Of a stretch of DNA of 64,000 nt, positions 12,711 to 23,500 are shown piece after piece (the first letter of the stretch is position 1; every line of letters begins with the position of its first letter). Position numbers and translations under genes: made by a program. The DNA comes from Eledone cirrhosa. Taxonomy: Eukaryota. Location of the stretch: contig OZ024747.1 of NCBI GenBank assembly GCA_964016885.1, forward strand, positions 21,266,001 through 21,330,000. Reading direction: 5' to 3'. Under the pieces are notes generated by a model that worked only from the letters and a program-made list of their open reading frames with translations, was not told the DNA's origin and did no database searches.

Positions 12711-13729
12711 TTAACAAGACAGTCTTGAATAATACAAAACAACACTATAACTGTATCACATTAAAAACTAAAGTCTTTACTTTAGATTACTACAAAAATT
12801 TCTCAATGATCTTTCCACCAGTAAAGATACTATAAACATTTTAATTAACAAACCAGTTTTTAGATAGCTTCTGCTAAATCAATGCAGAGTGTTTAGAGTT
12901 AAGCTCTGGCTTTTTTTTTTTTTTTTTCTCTTGACTGCCAGTGTAATTTTAATTAATCAAATACCGTTCTCTACATTTAGAAATTTAGCGCCCACTGAAG
13001 TATTTGTTTCATATACAGGAGATGTCTGTGGATAACCCGATTCCCATGAGTTTTTATTTATTTTTAGAGTCCTACTTTAATGAATTCCTTTGCATTTTCA
13101 ATTATTTTGCTTATTTAAAGCTTCTGTTATCTAACTTCTGCAGCCTTTCATTGTGGATTCTCTATATTAAATGTAATCAATGAGACGCCTGTACATCTCA
13201 ATAGATTTTCACATTGTTGGCTTTCCAATAACGCTTTCACTCCAGAAATTCTATCATCTTCAGGTGAAAATCGTCCAGGTGAACAGCTTTTATGAAAACT
13301 TTTTGTTACTTGGAAATGTTTAATGAAACACACAATGGCACTTACACTAAATGAATTATTATGAAAGATATGTTATTTTATTTTTATAAATACGCATTCC
13401 CTGTTATTACCGGGTTGTTGTAATTCTGATAATAGAATTGGATAATCCGCAGCATTGTATTGAAATCTATAAGCTTCAAAATAATATAAAATTCCTGTAT
13501 TTTTATATATGTGTGTATATATATATATTTATATATATATTTATATATATATTTATGTATATACATACATACACACACATATTTATGTGTGGGGGTGCAT
13601 GTAATATATATATATATCATCATCGTCGTCATTGTCACTTTAATGTCTGCTATCCCTCTGTATGTGTATGTGCGTGTATACGTCTATACATATATGTGTA
13701 TATAAATTTACATATATTTATATATATAT

Positions 13730-13824
<95 letters not shown>

Positions 13825-14564
13825 AAAATTGAGAAAAATAAATTTTCTTTTTGTTTTGATATGTAAAAATATTTTTCTTTGGTGACAAGGCTACCCATAT
13901 GTTTAGTGTATATAAATATATATATGTTTATACGATATTAAACAAATGGAAACTATATTTATAAAACCATATTTATTTCATTATACATATTTCACGGATA
14001 CCATATTAGAAATATGGCATGCCTTCTTCAGATAAAATACAATATATAAGCAGTTTTATAAATAAATTTGACGTACCATGAATATTGTTCAACTTCCATT
14101 TTAAAAAGTTGGTTTGGTAGTTTAATATCGTATATCTACTTGTTGAGTGCTTTATATCAGTTATCAAATATTTATTCGTTGTAACCCAACAATTTTAAAT
14201 AAAACTTTTGCATATATGTTTATATATATCTTTATATACATCGCTATTATGCTTAAACAGTGTTGTAATGCTACTGCCTATTAAATATAACCACCCAAGC
14301 TTGCACTATATGCAAATGTATAATTTCAGCTGATATTTTCTATTTGCTATATGCAAATGAACATCTGCAACATCTGATCATCATGTAAAATTCTATATAG
14401 ACTATAATCTATTTCATGCCAATATGATCTGAGTTGGTGTCACTTACAAAAGATTAACAAATCTACAGTGTGCACTGGTTGCTTTTTGTTGTGATGCCTA
14501 CATGACCACTTTACAGTGTGGGCTAGGCACTCTATACATTTGAATATATACATACACACACACT

Positions 14565-14601
<37 letters not shown>

Positions 14602-15240
14602 CACCCTTGCAAGCAGGGAAAAGCGGACGTAAAATGATGATGATTATATATATATGTATATCATCATCATCATCGTTTAACGTCCATCTTCTACGCTAGC
14701 ATGGGTTAGATGGTTTTGTCCCACTTGAGGCGGGATTGGTCAGGAGACAGTGTCTCGCTCGTACAGTACTGTTTCTGGCAGGTTTTCTACAGATGGATGC
14801 CCTTCCTAACACCAATCACATTTACAGTGTGGACTGGGAACCTTTTTAATGTGTCTCCTACACACACACATGTCATGAACATTATGTACTTAGATATTTA
14901 GAGAGTTGATGACACTCAATATATAGAAGTTGGCAGAAATTCAATCCTGTGTTTCCAATGTTAAGTGTGGATAATAATTATTATTTTTCTTATTGTTTAT
15001 TCAGGATGAGAAGGGCAGTGCCCATGGCACTCTTTAGGGTCTCTAAAAAAGGTTTTAAGGCATTTTCAAACTGGAGATCTGACCTGATTGCCTACAAATG
15101 AAGGACAGACTATATGATGCTTGTATATAAAATGTGGTGTTGATATGGTAGCAAAATATTGGTCTCTGGATGTTTAGGATGAGTGAAGGCTAGAAAGAAA
15201 TGAAATCAACATCCTCCACTGGATGTGTAATATTAGTATG

Positions 15241-15311
<71 letters not shown>

Positions 15312-15312
<1 letters not shown>

Positions 15313-15394
15313 TAGATATATATAGATATATTAAGCTCTGTTACCTACATAGAGCACTCTTTTTTCCTGGACTTTTCCGACGGAATTACTTCAT

Positions 15395-15440
<46 letters not shown>

Positions 15441-15522
15441 GAAGTAATTCCGTCGGAAAAGTCCAGGAAAAAAGAGTGCTCTATGTAGGTAACAGAGCTT
15501 AATATATCTATATATATCTATA
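15312..15522. repeat. Perfect inverted repeat (~90-bp arms) with (TA)n loop and (TA)n flanks
   Basis: TTAAGCTCTGTTACC...TTACTTCATTT is the exact reverse complement of AAATGAAGTAA...GGTAACAGAGCTTAA. Confidence 0.9.
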
Positions 15523-15528
15523 TATATC

Positions 15529-15561
<33 letters not shown>

Positions 15562-15627
15562 CGTAAAATAAGAAAATCTTTTTCAAAAAATTTTTAAAAA
15601 ATTTTTTTCTTACTTACTTAAATTTTC

Positions 15628-15709
15628 ACTCCAACTAATTAGTTTCTGCAATGGGATAAAGAGAGTTACGTAATCCAACCGTCGAGAATTCATTGCGTCA
15701 TCAGGGAGT
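15628..15709 (-). ncRNA. Type-I hammerhead ribozyme, 561-bp family, copy 1
   Basis: ACUCC-CUGAUGA-C-GCAAUG..CAUUGC-A-GAAAC-UAAUUA-GUU-GGAGU; stem I 5 bp, stem II 6 bp, stem III region AACUAAUUAGUU palindromic. Confidence 0.85.
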
Positions 15710-16188
15710 CTATTCTCAGCTAAGTCTCCAGGCAATGCGCGGACACTGGCGGCTCATATAAAAATAATAATAATTCGGTAGATAGAACAGCTGGCGAGGA
15801 CTGAATTCTATGTACTGAAATCCTCACTGCTTCTAGTCAACTGGCCGATTCTAAAGAATCAATCACGTGACACAGAGGCTAGTTAGAAGGAATGGGATGG
15901 TAAGATGACTGACGCCTACTAACACCCTCAAAAAAAATTTTTTTTAGAAGTGGTTTTGGCAGGTTTGCTCGACAAATCAGTGATTTGGAGATAAATATAG
16001 ATAATTTAATATATCAACTAACATAAGCGCACAGATGCACGCCCATGTCAGCAAATACACAGGTTATGTCATAGTGCCTAGGTGGTTCAATGCAGGAGGA
16101 TGCAGAACAATAATATAAAAGACGTAAAATAAGAAAATCTTTTTCAAAAAATGTTTAAAAAATTTTTTTCTTACTTACTTAAATTTTC

Positions 16189-16270
16189 ACTCCAACTAAT
16201 TAGTTTCTGCAATGGGATAAAGACAGTTACGTAATCCAACTGTCGAGAATTCATTGCGTCATCAGGGAGT
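16189..16270 (-). ncRNA. Type-I hammerhead ribozyme, 561-bp family, copy 2
   Basis: Same core; extra GACAGUU/AACUGUC hairpin inside loop II. Confidence 0.85.
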
Positions 16271-16750
16271 CTATTCTCAGCTAAGTCTCCAGGCAATGCG
16301 CGGACACTGGCGGCTCATATAAAAATAATAATAATTCGGTAGATAGAACAGCTGGCGAGGACTGAATTCTATGTACTGAAATCCTCACTGCTTCTAGTCA
16401 AATGGCCGATTCTAAAGAATCAATCACGTGACACAGAGGCTAGTTAGAAGGAATGGGATGGTAAGATGACTGACGCCTACTAACACCCTCAAAAAAAATT
16501 TTTTTGTAGAAGTGGTTTTGGCAGGTTTGCTCGACAAATCAGTGATTTGGAGATAAATATAGATAATTTAATATATCAACTAACATAAGCGCACAGATGC
16601 ACGCCCATGTCAGCAAATACACAGGTTATGTCATAGTGCCTAGGTGGTTCAATGCAGGAGGATGCAGAACAATAATATAAAAGACGTAAAATAAGAAAAT
16701 CTTTTTCAAAAAATGTTTAAAAAATCTTTTTCTTACTTACTTAAATTTTC

Positions 16751-16832
16751 ACTCCAACTAATTAGTTTCTGCAATGGGATAAAGACAGTTACGTAATCCA
16801 ACTGTCGAGAATTCATTGCGTCATCAGGGAGT
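16751..16832 (-). ncRNA. Type-I hammerhead ribozyme, 561-bp family, copy 3
   Basis: Same as copy 2. Confidence 0.85.
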
Positions 16833-18012
16833 CTATTCTCAGCTAAGTCTCCAGGCAATGCGCGGACACTGGCGGCTCATATAAAAATAATAATAATTCG
16901 GTAGATAGAACAGCTGGCGAGGACTGAATTCTATGTACTGAAATCCTCACTGCTTCTAGTCAAATGGCCGATTCTAAAGAATCAATCACGTGACACAGAG
17001 GCTAGTTAGAAGGAATGGGACTCCTGTTGGAGTCATGGTGGCAACCTGGTGGATCCCATCCCTTTTCAGGTCTGAACGCAGCCAATTTCTTCAAAAGAGA
17101 GAGGGAGAGAGAGGGAGAGCGAGAGAGAGAGAGAGAGAGAGATTAAGAAATAGAGAGAAAAAATTGACCACAGTACTTGATTGGTACTTTATTTATTGAT
17201 GTTGAAATATGAAATGTAAAGTTAAATTTGGAAGGATTTGAACTCAATGTGTAGAGAGCCGGACTGAATACCACAAAGGATTCTATCTGACATTCTAATA
17301 ATTTTGACAATTAGCTGCCTATATGTGATGATAGAATGTATGTATAAATAAACCAAGAAAAAGACTAGGCAGAAGAGGAGTCAGATGTGCTGTGCAAAAA
17401 AGAGATTGCACTGGTTAGGATTGGTAATGTATATATATGGAGAATGTTGAGTAAAAAATATAAAAAAATTGCTTTGTAATATATGTGGAAAGAAGTTGCA
17501 AAATTGGAGGAAATAATAGGAAAAAGTTGCAGGGGCTGATATCAAGATGACAACCCTCATGACAGAGATGACAAGGGACCACAACAAATGGCAAAATATT
17601 GTGCTAGGGAATGCCCATTTATACAACCTATGTATGTATGGAAAAGCAGACATAAAACTGATAGTGAGGATAATGATAATACATCACAGATTCACACACA
17701 AACAAACAATATATGCACACATATTCAAACATACACATATACTTAACAGTTGCAATGAAAACTGATAAAAATGACATTTTGGGAGATCATATTTTTCCAT
17801 ATGAATTAATCTCCAGTAAATTCGATGAATATAAATTAGTTAGAAATGATTTTTATCCTCCCACCTCCTCATTTCACAAAATATAATTCGTTATGAATCT
17901 TTCCTTACAAAGTTAAGTCATTTCCCTCCATTTTAAAATGCTGCAAAGAATAAAACAAATAAACAGATATATATGAAACAACAATAATAATATTAATAAT
18001 GATATTTTCTCA

Positions 18013-18572
18013 TTGTGGTGGTGGTGGTGTTGGTGGTGGCGTTGGTGGTGGTGGTGGTGGTGGTGGTGGTGGCGGTGGTGGTTATTGTGTTGGTGTTGTT
18101 GTTGGGGGGGAGGGGTCAGTGGTGGCTTTTCTGTTGGTGCTGGTGGTGTTGTTAGTGGTTTTACTGATGGTGGTCGTGGCAGTGGTAGTGTTGTTGTTGT
18201 TGGGGGAGAGGCTTTGAAGTTGGTGCTGGCAGTGTTGATGGTGGTGGTGGTAGTGTTGTTGTTGGTAGTCTTAGTGATGGTGGTGGTAGAGGTGATGGTG
18301 GTGGTAGTGGTGGCTTTAGTGTTTGTGGAGCTGGTGCTGGTGCTGGCAGTCTTGGTGATGGTGGTGGTGCAGGTGATGGTGGTGGTGCAGGTGATGGTGG
18401 TGGTAGTTGTGGCTTTAGTGTTTGTGGAGCTGGTGCTGGTGCTGGCAGTCTTGGTGATGGTGGTGGTGCAGGTGATGGTGGTGGTAGTTGTGGCTTTAGT
18501 GTTGATGGTGGTGGTAGTGGTGTTGGTAGTCTTGGTGATAGAGATGGTGGTGGTGGTGGTTGGTGGTGGTGG
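18013..18572. repeat. (GGT)n low-complexity tract with internal duplications
   Basis: GGT triplets plus repeated GTGGCTTTAGTGTTTGTGGAGCTGGTGCTG. Confidence 0.85.
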
Positions 18573-18804
18573 TATTATAAATAAATATTAAAACCAATAT
18601 GGGAATAAAAGACTACAAATAGAAAAGTAGATAAATCAATGAAAACGAAAGGAATTGAAAAATGATTTTAAAAAATACAAAAGGAATAATAACATATTGC
18701 ATTAATAATATCATTATTAGCATTATTATTATTATTATTATTATAAATAAAATGGACACCAAATTAAATGTATACATATGAACATATGTCTACCTCTCTC
18801 TCTC

Positions 18805-18835
<31 letters not shown>

Positions 18836-19004
18836 ATATATATATATTGGAATAAATGCTCTGAAATAGCGATATATATGTGAATATAGACATAGAATAT
18901 TCGAAAATATTCTGTATGTTTATAATAAACATTTTGAAGACCTAATCGCTATAGAATAGAATACGTCACGTATTACAATTAGATTCTCGATAAAAGCAAG
19001 GGAA

Positions 19005-19047
19005 GTAATCTACGCGTTTCATTCTCGTAAGAAATCATCAGGACTAC
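19005..19047 (-). ncRNA. Minimal type-I hammerhead ribozyme, 310-bp family
   Basis: Reverse complement reads GUAGUC-CUGAUGA-UUUCU-UACG-AGAAU-GAAAC-GC-GUA-GAUUAC. Confidence 0.9.
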
Positions 19048-19314
19048 ATATCCAGTGCTTTTATCGAGAATGACACAGCTAGAGACTTATAGAATACTTA
19101 GCTGTGTACAGGAACTGATTTGAAAGAGCGGTTGCCGGTCCGGCAGAAATTAGAAATTGGAATAAATGCTCTGAAATAGCGATATATATGTGAATATAGA
19201 CATAGAATATTCGAAAATATTCTGTATGTTTATAATAAACATTTTGAAGACCTAATCGCTATAGAATAGAATACGTCACGTATTACAATTAGATTCTCGA
19301 TAAAAGCAAGGGAA

Positions 19315-19357
19315 GTAATCTACGCGTTTCATTCTCGTAAGAAATCATCAGGACTAC
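19315..19357 (-). ncRNA. Minimal type-I hammerhead ribozyme, 310-bp family
   Basis: Identical copy, +310. Confidence 0.9.
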
Positions 19358-19624
19358 ATATCCAGTGCTTTTATCGAGAATGACACAGCTAGAGACTTAT
19401 AGAATACTTAGCTGTGTACAGGAACTGATTTGAAAGAGCGGTTGCCGGTCCGGCAGAAATTAGAAATTGGAATAAATGCTCTGAAATAGCGATATATATG
19501 TGAATATAGACATAGAATATTCGAAAATATTCTGTATGTTTATAATAAACATTTTGAAGACCTAATCGCTATAGAATAGAATACGTCACGTATTACAATT
19601 AGATTCTCGATAAAAGCAAGGGAA

Positions 19625-19667
19625 GTAATCTACGCGTTTCATTCTCGTAAGAAATCATCAGGACTAC
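19625..19667 (-). ncRNA. Minimal type-I hammerhead ribozyme, 310-bp family
   Basis: Identical copy, +620. Confidence 0.9.
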
Positions 19668-20149
19668 ATATCCAGTGCTTTTATCGAGAATGACACAGCT
19701 AGAGACTTATAGAATACTTAGCTGTGTACAGGAACTGATTTGAAAGAGCGGTTGCCGGTCCGGCAGAAATTAGAAATTGGAATAAATGCTCTGAAATAGC
19801 GATATATATGTGAATATAGACATAGAATATTCGAAAATATTCTGTATGTTTATAATAAACATTTTGAAGACCTAATCGCTATAGAATAGAATTTTATCGA
19901 GAATCTAATTGTAATACGTGACGTATTCTATTCTATAGCGATTAGGTCTTCAAAATGTTTATTATAAACATACAGAATATTTTCGAATATTCTATGTCTA
20001 TATTCACATATATATCGCTATTTCAGAGCATTTATTCCAATTTCTAATTTCTGCCGGACCGGCAACCGCTCTTTCAAATCAGTTCCTGTACACAGCTAAG
20101 TATTCTATAAGTCTCTAGCTGTGTCATTCTCGATAAAAGCACTGGATAT

Positions 20150-20192
20150 GTAGTCCTGATGATTTCTTACGAGAATGAAACGCGTAGATTAC
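20150..20192 (+). ncRNA. Minimal type-I hammerhead ribozyme, 310-bp family
   Basis: GTAGTC CTGATGA TTTCTTACGAGAAT GAAAC GC GTA GATTAC; stem I GUAGUC/GAUUAC; predicted cleavage after 20186. Confidence 0.9.
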
Positions 20193-20459
20193 TTCCCTTG
20201 CTTTTATCGAGAATCTAATTGTAATACGTGACGTATTCTATTCTATAGCGATTAGGTCTTCAAAATGTTTATTATAAACATACAGAATATTTTCGAATAT
20301 TCTATGTCTATATTCACATATATATCGCTATTTCAGAGCATTTATTCCAATTTCTAATTTCTGCCGGACCGGCAACCGCTCTTTCAAATCAGTTCCTGTA
20401 CACAGCTAAGTATTCTATAAGTCTCTAGCTGTGTCATTCTCGATAAAAGCACTGGATAT

Positions 20460-20502
20460 GTAGTCCTGATGATTTCTTACGAGAATGAAACGCGTAGATT
20501 AC
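20460..20502 (+). ncRNA. Minimal type-I hammerhead ribozyme, 310-bp family
   Basis: Identical copy, +310; predicted cleavage after 20496. Confidence 0.9.
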
Positions 20503-22054
20503 TTCCCTTGCTTTTATCGAGAATCTAATTGTAATACGTGACGTATTCTATTCTATAGCGATTAGGTCTTCAAAATGTTTATTATAAACATACAGAATAT
20601 TTTCGAATATTCTATGTCTATATTCATATATATATATATATATATACACACATACATACACATATACACACACACACATATATATATACATATACATATA
20701 TATATATATATATACATATACACACATAACTCATTCAACTCATTCTTCCTCACATCACCCTGTTAAATCCTACTACACTAATCATAGCTTCTTAATTTCT
20801 CTTCTCCTCATCACACTTCATATCTTCTCTTCCTGGCAGTTTATTTTATCAACCGTAGAAGAATGGAAGGCAAAGTAGACCTCAGCTGGATTCGAACTCA
20901 GAACATTGACAGTTGTAACTATATACCACAAAATATTTTGTCTAATGCACTAATGATTCTGCCAATCTACAACGCTACAAACCTCAAAGGCAAATCTGGC
21001 CTTAGTGAAATTTTAACTCCAAGCACAGTAGATCAGAACAAATACCTAGGCATTTTATTTGACAATTCAACAACTGCCAATCCAACCACTCTGCCAATCC
21101 AATCTTTTCTAAATAACTTTAACTCAATCCTAAGGAAATAGGGAATCTCAGAGGAAAATCTTGGACAAAATCAAAATTTGTATAGCTCCAAGGAAAATTC
21201 AACCAAAGAAATATGCTTAAAATAGCATCCATTTTTAACATGAAGGTTTTCACAATTACATTATATTATCCTATATATATTTTACACAGTGCTACCATCA
21301 GTTTCTGTTTGCAAATAACTTGTGCCAAGCAGATCTGACATCACTCACACATTACGTAACAATAAGAAGGATTTATTAGAAAGCTGGACATAGATTTATT
21401 GCAGCAAGATATTGTTGTTGCCCTGAAGGTATTGTGTCAAGTCATTGTATCATCATCATCTTCATCATCTACATCACCATCATTATCATCTGCATCATAA
21501 TCATCATCATTAATTCATCTTCATCATCCTTATAATTATCATAATCATCGTCATCGTCCTCATAATGATTTTTTTTTTAATACAAGACCCTAGATTTGTA
21601 AGGAAGGTTTTATAGGGAATTGAATAAATAAATCCCAGAAGATTCCTGGCATTTATATTATCAACTCAGAAAAGATGGCAGATGAAGAAAAAATGAACCC
21701 CAGTGGGATTTGAACTCAAAATATAGGGAGATAAAACTAAATTCTGAAAATCCTTTAATCTACCACTCTACTCTTTCTGTCACTCCATTGCTTGAATTAA
21801 CCCTAGATATGGTGATGTGATTATGAAGTTCCTTTCATAATCACATGGCTCTAACTTCGATCCCACAATGCAACACATTTGTTTCTGTCTTTGATTTCAC
21901 CTTTAAATATTCTATATTAGATCCTACATTAGTGAATGACATTTGTGCCAGTGTATTAATGTCAAAGTGTATGTGTTGTCCTTTTTATTGCTGTTATGGA
22001 AATTCATTTTCAGATATAAGGTGGCAGCTATTATTATCTATATCATCTTGGAAG

Positions 22055-22262
22055 TGGTGGATTGGTAGAGCATCGGATAACATGCTTTGCAGTATATAGT
22101 TATGGCCCTTTACATTCTGAGTTCAAATCTGGTTAGCTTTGCATTTTAACCTTATGGGGGTCGATAAAATAAAATACCAGTGACGCACTGGTATCAATTT
22201 AATTGATTTTCCCTTTCCCCTTCAAATTGGTGGCTTTGTGTCAAATGTAGAAACAGTTATTA
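22055..22262 (+). mobile_element. SINE family A, diverged
   Basis: GTGGTGGATTGG head, GAGTTCAAATC B box, GGGGTCGATAAAATAAA core. Confidence 0.7.
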
Positions 22263-22277
22263 TCATCTTCAAGTGTT

Positions 22278-22308
<31 letters not shown>

Positions 22309-22309
<1 letters not shown>

Positions 22310-22526
22310 CATCATCATCATCAACGTTTAACGTCCGTGTTCCACGCTTGCATGGGTTTGGATGGGGGTATTCCCACTTGAGGCAAGAGTGGTTGTCTTG
22401 CTCGCATAGGACTGTCTGGCGGGTTTTCTACAGCTGGATGCCCTTCCTAACACCAACCACATTTACAGTGTGGGGCTGGGAGGTTTTTACCGTGTTGCCT
22501 ACACGGACACATTACAGCGTGGACTG

Positions 22527-22527
<1 letters not shown>
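22309..22527 (-). mobile_element. RTE 3'-UTR / family-B tail fragment
   Basis: Near-identical to 25820-26045; (ATG)n tail; similar fragments at ~14662-14860 and ~35330-35480. Confidence 0.75.
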
Positions 22528-22559
<32 letters not shown>

Positions 22560-22959
22560 ATCAATATATGTATATATATATATTTCTTCAAACAATGTTT
22601 TTTCTAACTTCATTTCAATATTTTTATGAAGTATCACAGTAGTTTATTTTGATTCAGCAGGTGTCATGCTACTTCTCTATTCTTCATATCTCTTATAATA
22701 CCTGGCTTTAACATCTCAGGTCTTTTCATAAATATAAGCAAGATATATCAAAAAAAGAAAAAGATGTTACATTTATTCCAGGTATTCAGATGGATATCTC
22801 AATGTTATTAAGTCCATTGATTGCAAAACAATCCAAAAGAAAAAGAATGTTTTCATCCCATAAAACTTGGTAAAACCCCAATCTCATCATAGATGCCATA
22901 AGAAGCTTTTATACACATCAATAACTAATATAATGGTCATGATGATGATGATAATGATG

Positions 22960-22993
<34 letters not shown>

Positions 22994-22996
<3 letters not shown>

Positions 22997-23500
22997 AGAA
23001 TACTGACAGCACGATCAAGGCCAATAGGCCTGATATAATTGTGAAGGGCCATAAAAAGAAAACATGCTTCTTAATTGACAAGAGCATTTCATTAGATTGT
23101 AACATCTCCTGTAAAGAGTTACAAAAGCTCAGTACATATAAATATCTGATAAATGAAATTAAGAGAATGTGGCATCTTAAAGCTGGTACAATACCAGTGA
23201 TGGTCGGTACACTTGAAATGATAAAAAAAGCAATTGAAAAATATTTGGACAAGATACCTGGAAAGCCATCTCTGCAAAAGATACAGAAAATAGTGCTGAC
23301 TGGCACTGTCCATGTCCTGAAAAGGACATTATCAATTTAATTACCTTACTATTACATTTACTATTGCTTATCCTCTGATGGTATCATCTGTATGCCAATT
23401 GATTTTTAAACATGTGTATTTCCAAATTTTGCCTCAGGTGTCAGGTTGACACTCAGCAATATATGGGAGAGAAGCAGAATTCAAAGGAAGTTTCAAATAA
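22994..23500 (+). mobile_element. R4/Dong-like LINE 3' fragment (restriction-like endonuclease domain)
   Basis: IKANRPDIIV..CFLID..K..K.....Y..L..EIKRMW..IPVMVG..IQKIVL.GT..VLKR fits the PD-(D/E)XK C-terminus; bounded by (TAA)n. Confidence 0.75.

Larger units (their letters stand above)
15552..17020 (-). mobile_element. Tandem array of 561/562-bp non-coding units (~2.6 copies), one HHR each; retrozyme-like/non-autonomous PLE
   Basis: Near-identical units (ACTCCAACTAATTAG at 15628, 16189, 16751); no ORF; minus-strand 3' end merges into (TA)n. Confidence 0.85.
18847..20627. mobile_element. 310-bp unit array: ~3.4 copies then ~2.4 inverted copies, one HHR per full unit; retrozyme-like
   Basis: TTGGAATAAATGC at 18847, 19157, 19467, 19777; orientation switch at ~19892; both ends in (TA)n; no ORF. 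Confidence 0.9.
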
